15,594 bases of DNA from Fimbriimonadales bacterium (GTDB taxonomy: Bacteria; Armatimonadota; Fimbriimonadia; Fimbriimonadales; JABRVX01), in assembly GCA_045862955.1 (NCBI GenBank), contig BTVI01000059.1, forward strand, positions 1 to 15,594, written 5' to 3'. Made by a program: the position numbers and the translations under genes. This document shows, one piece after another, positions 8,076-15,594 of this stretch. Below the pieces are notes generated by a model, which did not search any database, was not told where the DNA came from, and saw nothing but the letters and a program-made list of their open reading frames with translations. The first letter of the stretch is position 1. Each line of letters begins with the position of its first letter.

Positions 8076-9482
8076 ATGTCCAAAACCACACTAGGTGTCA
8101 TCGTCGGAAACCGCGGCTTCTTCCCCGACCACCTGTGCAAGAGCGGGCGGGAGCGGATACTAGCGCTTCTCGAACAGATGGGTTTCGGCACCGTCGTGCT
8201 TCCTGAGAGCGTCGGCAAGTTCGGCTCGGTAGAAACCTATGTCGAGGCCAAAGCGTGTGCCGAGCTGTTCCGCAAACACGCGAACGAGATTGATGGCATC
8301 CTCGTCACGTTGCCCAACTTCGGCGACGAGCGCGCGGTCGCCGATACTATCCGTCTCGCAGGTCTGAACGTGCCGGTGCTCGTGCACGCCTTCGCCGACA
8401 AGCCAGCGAAGATGTCGCTCGCCGACAGGGCCGACAGCTTCTGTGGCAAGATGTCCGTGTGCAACAACCTCAGGCAGTACGGCATCCCGTTTTCGCTAAC
8501 TGCACTGCATACGGTGGACCCGGAAGATGCATCCTTCCGAGAAGACCTGCAGCGCTTTGGTGCTACTTGCCGAGTGGTGCGCGGGCTGCGCAACCTGCGT
8601 GTCGGCTGTATCGGTGCGCGGCCCGCGGCATTCAACACAGTGCGCTATAGCGAGAAGCTGTTGGAGCGCTCGGGTATCACCGTCGAGACGCTCGACCTCT
8701 CCGAAGTGATCGGCCGCGCCAATCGCCTCGGCTCCGACGATCCGAAGGTCGAGAACAAGCTGGAGGAGATCCGCGCATACACGCAGGCGGAGGGGATTCC
8801 CGCCGAGAGCTTGGACCGCATGGCTCGCCTCGGAGTGGTGGTGGACGCGTGGATGCAGGATCGTGAACTGGCAGCTACTGCCTTCCAGTGCTGGACCTCC
8901 ATCGAGGAGTTCTACGGCATCGTGCCGTGCACGCTGATGTCCATGATGAGCGACCGGCTGATGCCTTCTGCGTGCGAAACGGACATAGCCGGCCTGCTGG
9001 GAATGCATATCCTGCAGCTTGCGTCGGGCAAGCCGTCCGCGCTGCTCGACTGGAACAACAACTACGGCGAGGACCCGGACAAGTGCGTGGTCTTCCACTG
9101 CTCCAACCTACCGAAGAGCGTGTTGCGCGAGCAGCGCATGTCGCTGCAAGACATCATTGCCGCCAGCGTGGGACGAGAGAACGCCTATGGCACCATCGTC
9201 GGTCGCATGCAGCCTGGGCCGTTCAGCTTCCTACGCATCTCGACAGACGACCTGGCCGGCGAGATCGTCGGATACGTAGGCGAGGGTCGCGTGACGGACG
9301 ACCCGCTGGACACCTTCGGCGGGTACGGCGTGGTGGAAGTGCCCAACCTTCAGCTCCTGCTGCACTACATCTGTGCCAATGGGTTCGAACACCACGTGGC
9401 AGCAAACCTCTCCGAGGTCGCCGCACCGGTGTATGACGCGCTCACCACTTATCTGGAGTGGGACATCCACTGGCATGCATGA
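8076..9482 (+). CDS. L-fucose/L-arabinose isomerase family protein
   Basis: 'LGVIVGNRGFFP', 'DGILVTLPNFGDE', 'DSFCGKMSVCNNL', 'AFQCWTS', 'SACETD', 'FHCSN', 'NGFEHHVA'; SD AGGAGG. Confidence 0.85.
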   Translation: MSKTTLGVIVGNRGFFPDHLCKSGRERILALLEQMGFGTVVLPESVGKFGSVETYVEAKACAELFRKHANEIDGILVTLPNFGDERAVADTIRLAGLNVPVLVHAFADKPAKMSLADRADSFCGKMSVCNNLRQYGIPFSLTALHTVDPEDASFREDLQRFGATCRVVRGLRNLRVGCIGARPAAFNTVRYSEKLLERSGITVETLDLSEVIGRANRLGSDDPKVENKLEEIRAYTQAEGIPAESLDRMARLGVVVDAWMQDRELAATAFQCWTSIEEFYGIVPCTLMSMMSDRLMPSACETDIAGLLGMHILQLASGKPSALLDWNNNYGEDPDKCVVFHCSNLPKSVLREQRMSLQDIIAASVGRENAYGTIVGRMQPGPFSFLRISTDDLAGEIVGYVGEGRVTDDPLDTFGGYGVVEVPNLQLLLHYICANGFEHHVAANLSEVAAPVYDALTTYLEWDIHWHA

Positions 9483-9485
9483 CGG

Positions 9486-9788
9486 TTAGTCGCCGAAGAC
9501 TTCGAAGAGCTCGGAGAGAATAGACTTGCGACGCCGAGGCCGATCGTCGTCGTACCGCTCTCGACTGCGGCTGTCGTAGGGCTGTCGTTCCCGCTCGACT
9601 CCGCGGGGCCGCGTTCGTTCGGTCGGAACTGGGTCGAAGGGCGGGACCATCTCCTGCTCGGTGGCCGCGATGATCTTCTCCAGTTCACCCCGGTCGAGCC
9701 AGATGCCTTTGCACGAGGTGCAGATGTCCACCCGAATTCCATGGCGATCAGTTTCGCGCAGCGCTGTGTCACATACCGGACAGTTCAT
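9486..9788 (-). CDS. zf-TFIIB (zinc ribbon) domain protein
   Basis: 'MNCPVC...IRVDICTSCKGIWLDRGELEKII' and C-terminal 'RRRKSILSELF', typical of this small family. Confidence 0.88.
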   Translation of the reverse strand: MNCPVCDTALRETDRHGIRVDICTSCKGIWLDRGELEKIIAATEQEMVPPFDPVPTERTRPRGVERERQPYDSRSRERYDDDRPRRRKSILSELFEVFGD

Positions 9789-9986
9789 GCTTCGAATCTA
9801 CTCCTATGGGCTCGGCCTCAGGCATGTCGCTTCGCAGGCTTGGCTTGTCGAACTGAACGACTCGTGCACGCCGCTCTGTTCCCGGCCAGGCTGGCGCGTG
9901 GGACATTCGTCCCCTTCGGATCACGCCTGAAATCGCTTGCGGAGTCGCCAGAATGGCGATACAAATACTGCCGGAGGTGAAGTCTG

Positions 9987-10598
9987 ATGACTTCTCGCAA
10001 AGCTTTGCTACTTGCCGGCGCGGCGTGCCTCACCCTCGCGGCTGCGCTCGGTATCCTTTTCGCGCGTCCCGTACTTGCTCAGCTCGGAGGTAATGCCACA
10101 GCCCTTCGTGTCGCCACGCTCCCCCGACTTTCCGAGTTGTGGCGTGTCGGGCTCGATTACCCCGGCGCCACTTGGGAGCACTCCTACGACGACCAATATG
10201 GCTCTCACTGGTTCATGTGGTTCACCGTGCCGGAGACCGGAAGAAGACCGGTATGGACCGACTTCGACGCGCACAATCCGGTCGATTACCACTACGTCGA
10301 CGACCAGCACGAGTACGGAGTGCGCATCGAGACGGGCCAACAGGCGCTGTTCTACATCACACCCGGTGGCACATCCAAGTGGCTCAGGTTCCCTCGGGAG
10401 GCGGTCGAGCCTTTCCCGCCGGCCCTCGGTAGGGCCGCACACAACGGCGAGATCCTCCCTCCCGGCACTTACCGTGTGGAGGTGCAGTTCACCGGGTACG
10501 ACGGTGACCACCCCTGGCGCCCAACGGATGCCGCACAGGCCGTGATCGAGCACGGGTTCCATGTGGACGCATACTTCGGCTACTGGGCGGAACCGTAG
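9987..10598 (+). CDS. Hypothetical secreted protein
   Basis: SD GGAGGT; signal peptide 'MTSRKALLLAGAACLTLAAALGILFARPVLAQ'; aromatic-rich beta-like body; GC3-rich codon use; no family recognised. Confidence 0.7.
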   Translation: MTSRKALLLAGAACLTLAAALGILFARPVLAQLGGNATALRVATLPRLSELWRVGLDYPGATWEHSYDDQYGSHWFMWFTVPETGRRPVWTDFDAHNPVDYHYVDDQHEYGVRIETGQQALFYITPGGTSKWLRFPREAVEPFPPALGRAAHNGEILPPGTYRVEVQFTGYDGDHPWRPTDAAQAVIEHGFHVDAYFGYWAEP

Positions 10599-10611
10599 GC
10601 GACAGGCGTGG

Positions 10612-11310
10612 TTAGTATGGCTTCTTCTTAAGCCAAAGATAGAAGGCGTCGGCTTCGGCGACAGTGATTGGCATCCACTTGGCGTGCCCATCGCAGAAGA
10701 TCCAGCTGCCTCCATCGAAGTGGTACGGATGGAAGTGACCCTCGATACCGGAGTCACCTGGGTAGGTGTTTAGCGGTTCGGCGGACCAGTCGCCGTCCCG
10801 GTTTTCGCCCTCTAGGATCGTGCTAGCGGGCATCTGGATCTCGGGCAGCCGCGAATAGCCGAAGCCACCGGGAACGATGTGAGCGTACGGCCAGTGCGTC
10901 AGCCACGGGTTGACGCCGTAATGGCCTACGTCGTGCCCGCCCGCGTTCCGGTGCTGGATGAACGTCTTGCTCGGGCAATGAAGGATGCCCTTGCTCTTGC
11001 AGTAGGGCTGGACACGCTCGCGCCAGGTGTCCACCCACCAGATGCTGGCGTTCGCCGTGTTGTGCGGGATGGGCAGGCACGAGTTGTAGTCGGAGGCGTA
11101 CTCCATGTTCGCGATCCCCAGCTGACGCATGTTGGATACGCAGGTCGTCTGGTGCGCCTTCGACCGGACGCGCGAGAAGACGGGGAACAGAATGGCGGCG
11201 AGTACGGCGATGATGGCGATGACCACTAGGAGCTCGATCAGCGTGAAGGCAAGCGACTCGACCGAGCCGTGACGGCGTAGTCCTGAACCATGGAGGCAGA
11301 ATCCTCGCAC
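10612..11310 (-). CDS. Prepilin-type N-terminal cleavage/methylation protein (DUF1559-like, H-X9-DG C-terminal motif)
   Basis: '[45 protein letters not shown]' and '[16 protein letters not shown]'; start uncertain (in-frame GTG 11310 or 11325; ORF-track start 11388 is inside the tRNA). Confidence 0.88.
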   Translation of the reverse strand: MRGFCLHGSGLRRHGSVESLAFTLIELLVVIAIIAVLAAILFPVFSRVRSKAHQTTCVSNMRQLGIANMEYASDYNSCLPIPHNTANASIWWVDTWRERVQPYCKSKGILHCPSKTFIQHRNAGGHDVGHYGVNPWLTHWPYAHIVPGGFGYSRLPEIQMPASTILEGENRDGDWSAEPLNTYPGDSGIEGHFHPYHFDGGSWIFCDGHAKWMPITVAEADAFYLWLKKKPY

Positions 11311-11343
11311 GACAACAGTGTACACCGGAACCGGAGCGGAGGA

Positions 11344-11418
11344 TGGTGGGCGGTACTGGCTTTGAACCAGTGACCCCTTCGTTGTCAACGAAGTGCTCTA
11401 CCCCTGAGCTAACCGCCC
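11344..11418 (-). tRNA. tRNA-Val (GAC)
   Basis: GGGCGGT acceptor stem, D arm TAGCTCAGGGGTAGAGC, anticodon arm CTTCG-TTGACAA-CGAAG, T arm ACTGG-TTCAAAG-CCAGT, encoded CCA; 75 nt. Confidence 0.97.
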
Positions 11419-11431
11419 ACGCTGCGATTCC

Positions 11432-11461
11432 ATTATGGGCTCCCCGATGCCGACGGGTCAA
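11432..11461 (-). promoter_or_regulatory. Putative sigma70-type promoter of tRNA-Val
   Basis: TTGACC (11461-11456), 18-nt spacer, CATAAT (11437-11432), 13 nt upstream of the tRNA 5' end. Confidence 0.7.
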
Positions 11462-11667
11462 GCGGGGCTTACCGCGCCAAAGCTTGGCGGATGCCCTGCC
11501 GGAATGTACCGGCTACGGTGACTTGGAGCGACCCTCGTGGCAACATCTGCTTTGCAGGCGGTCGGAGCTGCACGGGCTGCATTCCCTCCTCTGCCGGAAC
11601 GACGGGCACTGGGCACGGTGTGTAACTCAGTGTCATTCCAGCAAGGGGCCTATTGAAAAGGGGTCAA

Positions 11668-11866
11668 TGCCTGGCCCGCGTCCGCCGGCTTTCAGTCAAC
11701 CGATGCATGGCTCGAACCTAAGGACCGCGCCGGCGAATGAGCCGGGACCCCTTGGCGGAGGTGTCATGGGCTCTTGGCAGGCCCCAAGGCGGGAACCCGG
11801 CCCGTTGAGTGCGCTGGTCTGCGTCGACCCATCGAAGGCTGCGAACCCAAGGAACAGGCCGGGGCA
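11668..11866 (-). ncRNA. Candidate structured ncRNA, ~200-nt rod-like hairpin, possibly 6S RNA
   Basis: Nested complementary segments from the two ends inward with internal loops; more G-U wobbles on the minus strand; 5' TGTTC and 3' GGTTCGAG...GCCGGCGG recall 6S motifs; strand and identity not certain. Confidence 0.5.
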
Positions 11867-12056
11867 CGAGATGGCTCCGTTGGGATTGCGCGTTCCTAAG
11901 TGATCGAGGGGGGACGCCGGCAGAGACCGGGCCGGTTGCCGCACCCACTGCAACCCAGCCAGCAGTGATGCCGTATCCTTCTTGTCGGAGACCTCGTCCG
12001 GCGGCCTGTCGGGCATGCTGAGCGAGGACACCACACTCTGAGGAGGCAAGCTGACT

Positions 12057-12248
12057 ATGGGCACTTTTCTCAAATTCGTCGTAATCGGCATCCTAGCGCT
12101 GCTCGCCATCCAGGTGGCTTGGTGGCTGTTCAAGGCCGCTCTCGCGCTGGTCATCCCGGTAGCTGTCCTAGGCGCCTTGGGCTTCATCATCTACCACCTG
12201 ATGGGCGGCCGGCTGTCTGATCGATCCGACAAGAGCCTGCCTAAGTAG
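12057..12248 (+). CDS. Small membrane protein (2 predicted TM helices)
   Basis: SD GAGGAGG; 63 aa, long hydrophobic stretch followed by a short charged tail. Confidence 0.75.
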   Translation: MGTFLKFVVIGILALLAIQVAWWLFKAALALVIPVAVLGALGFIIYHLMGGRLSDRSDKSLPK

Positions 12249-12287
12249 GGGGAAGGATTCCGCCTGCAGGCCACAGAATGCGCCTGC

Positions 12288-14567
12288 ATGTTGTCCGTGA
12301 TCCTCAGCGCCTTCTTGCTTGCCACCGCTCAACAGCAGACCCTCGAACTGGACGGCGAGACCGTCAGGATCACTCGCGACTCCTTCGGCGTGCCGCTTGT
12401 CGCTGCCCGCTCGCTACGCTCGCTGTTCTACGGCGCCGGCTACGTAGTAGCTCGAGACAGGCTGTGGCAGATGGAGCGAAACCGCCGCATGGCGAAGGGA
12501 GAGCTCTCCGAGGTCTATGGGCCCGACGCCCTAGCCCAGGACAGGGCTGCCCGTACCGACGGCTACACGGAGCAGGAGCGACAGCGGCAGTTCGACCGAC
12601 TCAGCGTCCGGCTGAAGACCGCGGTTCGCGCCTACGCGGAGGGCGTGAACGCGTGGATGACGGAAGCCAAAAGGGAAGGGAAGCTTCCGAAAGAGTTTGC
12701 GCAGTTCGGAGTCGACCCACGACCATGGGATGTCACCGACACGGTGGCCATCGCTCAACTGATGAGCCGTCGCTTCGGAGCTTTCGGCGAGGGGGAGTTC
12801 CGCAACCTGCTTGCCTACACCTACTTAGAGGCGCGGCTGAAGGACAAGGCGCTGGACGCCGTCAACGACATCGCCTGGATGAACGATCCCGATGCACCCG
12901 TCACCGTGCCCCGAGACGATCCAGCGTCTCGCGCCCGCAAGCTCGTGCCCGGCCCGCCGAAGGAGCTTACGAAGGCCCATCTGGCTTTGCTGCCCAAGCT
13001 GGGTCTGGCGGATCTGCTCGAAGGGATTCGGGCCTTCGCCCACTCGGACGAAAAGGAGTTCGCCGAAGAGCACGGGCTGTATACGCGCTTCGGTAGCTAT
13101 GCCGTCGCAGTAGACGCGAAGCGCTCGGCTACCGGCAACGCCTTGCTGCTCGGAGCACCGCAGATGGGCTGGAGCACCCCGCAGATAGCGCATGAAATCC
13201 GATTGGAGGGCGGTGGCATCGAGGTCGCCGGCATGGGCTTTCCCGGCATCCCTGGGGTGCTGATTGGTCACACCCGCCACCTCGCCTGGACCACCACCTC
13301 TGGCCTAGGAGACACCGAGGACGTGTTCGTGGAGCGCGTGGACCCCGACGACCCGTCGAAGTACCGCTACAACGGCAACAGCGTTCCCTTCGAGGTGCGG
13401 GTCGAAGAGATCAGGGTCCGGGGTGGCGAAACCGTTCGCCATGAGGTGCGCCGGTCGGTACACGGGCCCATCGTTCGCATGTCCGGCAAGCAGTGGGCCT
13501 ACGCTCGCCACTCTACCTACTGGGATCGGGAACTGGAAAACTTCGAAGCGTTCTTCGCTTTCTACGAAGCCAAGAACCTCGCAGACTTCGAGGCGGCATG
13601 CCGCAAGGTAGTCACCTCCCACAACTTCCTGGCAGCTACTACTTCGGGCGAGATCGGCTACTGGTACACGGGGCTGTACCCCGTCCGCAACGAGAACCTG
13701 GACCCCAGGTTTCCGACTCCTGGCACGGGCGAGTACGAGTGGAAGGGTCTTGTTCCTTTCGAGGACCTGCCGAAGTGCGTGAACCCGGCGCGCGGGTGGT
13801 TGGCCAACTGGAACAACAAGCCCGCGACCTGGTACGGCCACTCCGACACACCCACCTGGGGCGCGGTGTTCCGCTCGAAACGCCTGGATGACCTACTCCA
13901 ACCGCTAGCTCGCATTTCGCCGGATCACCTGCGGGACCTGGTTCGGGACATAGCGACGTATCAGGTGGATGCCGACTTCTTCCTCCAGCCGCTTTTGCAA
14001 GCCCTTCCCGGGGACGACTCGGGCGCTCGAATGCTCGCCGCCTGGAACCGTCACGAGACGGAGGGTTCCGCTGCGGCCGCACTGTTTCGTTCGTTCATGG
14101 GCAGACTGAGGGAGGAAGCGTTGCTCCCCACGTTGGGCAACTTCGGGTCGGACCAGAGCTTTCGTCAGGTCGCTCAGGCGAGCTACCTTTGGCATGTGCT
14201 CGAACCGGGCGCGAAGCCGGGGCTGGACTACCTGGCGGGTCGCTCCCGTGATCAGGTGCTGCGCGACGCTTGGGAGAAAGCGGTGGCCGATGTCCGGAAG
14301 GACGTGGGGGACGACCTGTCGCGCGCATCGTTCCGAGCATCCCGCATGAGCCTGTCTCCACTGCCGTCCGTGCCGTATGCGAACCGCGGCACCTACATTA
14401 TGGTGGTCGAGTTGAGCCCCTCTGGCGCGCGCTCGGAAAGCGTGCTCTGTCCGGGCCAGAGCGAGGACCCCGCATCTCCGCATTACTCCGACCAGCGCGA
14501 TCTGGCATCCTGGTGGATGTACAAGCCGCTGTGGGAGACACCACGGCCGGTGAGCGCTCCGCGTTGA
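12288..14567 (+). CDS. Penicillin acylase family protein (Ntn hydrolase, peptidase S45), secreted
   Basis: Signal peptide; 'ITRDSFGVP', 'GAGYVVARDRLWQME'; beta-chain start 'GSYAVAV' (Ser270); 'GAPQMGW', 'AWTTTSG', 'SVHGPI', 'ANWNNKP', 'PGQSEDPASPHYSDQ'. Confidence 0.92.
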   Translation: MLSVILSAFLLATAQQQTLELDGETVRITRDSFGVPLVAARSLRSLFYGAGYVVARDRLWQMERNRRMAKGELSEVYGPDALAQDRAARTDGYTEQERQRQFDRLSVRLKTAVRAYAEGVNAWMTEAKREGKLPKEFAQFGVDPRPWDVTDTVAIAQLMSRRFGAFGEGEFRNLLAYTYLEARLKDKALDAVNDIAWMNDPDAPVTVPRDDPASRARKLVPGPPKELTKAHLALLPKLGLADLLEGIRAFAHSDEKEFAEEHGLYTRFGSYAVAVDAKRSATGNALLLGAPQMGWSTPQIAHEIRLEGGGIEVAGMGFPGIPGVLIGHTRHLAWTTTSGLGDTEDVFVERVDPDDPSKYRYNGNSVPFEVRVEEIRVRGGETVRHEVRRSVHGPIVRMSGKQWAYARHSTYWDRELENFEAFFAFYEAKNLADFEAACRKVVTSHNFLAATTSGEIGYWYTGLYPVRNENLDPRFPTPGTGEYEWKGLVPFEDLPKCVNPARGWLANWNNKPATWYGHSDTPTWGAVFRSKRLDDLLQPLARISPDHLRDLVRDIATYQVDADFFLQPLLQALPGDDSGARMLAAWNRHETEGSAAAALFRSFMGRLREEALLPTLGNFGSDQSFRQVAQASYLWHVLEPGAKPGLDYLAGRSRDQVLRDAWEKAVADVRKDVGDDLSRASFRASRMSLSPLPSVPYANRGTYIMVVELSPSGARSESVLCPGQSEDPASPHYSDQRDLASWWMYKPLWETPRPVSAPR

Positions 14568-14569
14568 GC

Positions 14570-15155
14570 TATGCGCTGAAACTCTCCTGAGTGATCCGCT
14601 CGAAGAGTGCCGCCGTGATGCCGCCCTGCCAAATGCATAGCGATCGCCGTGCTCGGCTCGGGGACCGGCTCCGAGTACCATACCTCCGATTCGCCATAGG
14701 AGTCGTAGGCCAGCCAATCGCGTGACTGGAACTCCTTCGAACCCGTTCTCCGTCCCGTTCGCGTCGTCCAGAAACAGGTGTTGACCGTGCTTCGACGTGT
14801 AGCCAGGCCACAGCGCACGTCCCGAGGACGCGAAGCCCGCCAAGCTGCTCCGCCTGTTAGGATCCCACTCCAGCACGGGTAGCTCTCAGGCGTGCGCCAG
14901 GATGGTTCTGTCGCGCATCATCAGTACGGAGATGAGGTCCGTGCCCCGGATGTGCACGCGCCACTCACGCACGGGTCGCCCCTGTTCGAGAACGAACCCG
15001 CGCAGGTACCCGTTCTCTTCCGACTGGAAGAGGGCGAGGAAGTTGCCATGGGCATCCTTAGCGATGCGCGGCGTTGTGTTCGTGTTCGGCCCCCCATGGT
15101 GCTCTCCAGCAACCGATGTTTCGGGTGCCGAGCCGACCGACACCCGGGCGGCCAC
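14570..15155 (-). pseudogene. Probable decayed gene of unknown function
   Basis: ORF 15155-14886 ends at a TGA, and the same frame continues as a protein-like sequence (ELPVLEWDPNRR...); a further protein-like stretch appears in another frame; 5' end abuts the REP array. Confidence 0.3.
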
Positions 15156-15178
15156 CCTCCAGCATCCGGAACCATTAC

Positions 15179-15253
15179 CTTCCTGTTGAGTGTGCTCATG
15201 CTAAGCCTCGCCATCCTGAGCTTCGTCATGCTGAGCTTGTTCATGCCTAACTT
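15179..15253. repeat. Tandem array, ~5 x 15 bp, derived from the REP left end
   Basis: Units at 15179, 15194, 15209, 15224, 15239; unit 15224 is CGTCATGCTGAGCTT, identical to the first 15 nt of REP copies 1 and 2. Confidence 0.8.
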
Positions 15254-15360
15254 CGTCATGCTGAGCCTGTCGAAGCATGACCTCGTCCGCCGCATGGTGG
15301 CGGCCTCCGATGCGACGCTTGCGGCTTGCGGATGCATGCTTCGACAGGCTCAGCATGACG
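15254..15360. repeat. CGTC-type REP doublet, copy 3
   Basis: Perfect 26-bp inverted arms (15254-15279 and 15335-15360) around a 55-bp spacer unrelated to the spacer of copies 1 and 2. Confidence 0.88.
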
Positions 15361-15565
15361 GGTAAAGGTGGTGTGGCGGGTAGAGCCATGACGGGGAGGG
15401 GTGTGTCGGACAGGCGGTGTGTCGGGGCAGGAGGTGTGGCGGGGAGGGGGTGTGGCTGGTAGCGGTATGAAGGGCAGCGGTGTGGTGGGTAGGGGGTGTG
15501 GCGGCGAGGGAGTGTGATGGGTAGGGGCACGACGAGGAGGGGGTATGGCGTGTATGGGTATGACG
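15361..15565. repeat. Degenerate G/T-rich tandem array, ~13 units of 15-18 bp
   Basis: Units such as GGTAGAGCCATGACG, GGGAGGGGTGTGTCG, GGCAGCGGTGTGGTG, TGTATGGGTATGACG, mostly ending in RTGRCG-like motifs. Confidence 0.7.
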
Positions 15566-15594
15566 CCCCGAACCACTCCGAGGTTATAGCTTGC

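Noticed and set aside
11344..11418. tRNA-Val as the attachment site of an integrated element
   Set aside because: No integrase, no duplicated tRNA 3' end found in the window, and no obvious compositional shift.
11469..11636. Small minus-strand ORF (37-55 aa) between the candidate ncRNA and the tRNA promoter
   Set aside because: The GGAGG is too close to the ATG, codon use is atypical and no motif is recognisable; cannot be supported.
11420..12056. RNase P RNA, SRP RNA, tmRNA or cobalamin riboswitch in this intergenic region
   Set aside because: Hallmark motifs (GAGGAAAGTCC, the SRP GGAA loop with AGCAG, tRNA-like tmRNA ends, B12 box) were not found on either strand by eye.
14886..14888. Selenocysteine or recoded TGA
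   Set aside because: No Cys/Sec-type motif context or evident SECIS hairpin, and TGA serves as a normal stop in several genes here; simple nonsense mutation is more likely.
14892..15576. ORFs with KLSMT pentapeptide repeats or Pro/Thr/His-rich sequence
   Set aside because: Explained by the 15-bp REP-derived units and the G-rich tract; no SD or domain evidence.

Overview
GC-rich bacterial chromosomal window, probably Armatimonadota or a similar diderm lineage. This is inferred from a DUF1559/H-X9-DG prepilin-like gene, a diderm-type DnaK and a dockerin-like C-terminal tail. Left: a minus-strand heat-shock operon dnaK-hsp20-dnaJ-hspR with no grpE, whose promoter is overlapped by a HAIR-like (HspR) inverted repeat. 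Divergent from it are a MoxR AAA+ ATPase, a PpiC-type foldase and a GyrI-like protein. Next comes a ~700 bp repeat block: 5x25-bp tandem, then two CGTC-type REP doublets, each trailed by a 17-bp tandem array copied from the REP end. It is followed by an L-fucose/L-arabinose isomerase family gene, a zf-TFIIB protein, a secreted hypothetical protein, the prepilin-like gene, tRNA-Val(GAC), a ~200-nt rod-like candidate ncRNA (6S-like), a small membrane protein, a penicillin acylase family gene and a decayed ORF. The window ends with a third REP doublet flanked on both sides by 15-18-bp tandem units. The most unusual signal is the REP doublets carrying terminus-derived tandem arrays with a one-directional (to G/T) substitution bias. 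No CRISPR array, integrase or transposase is visible.
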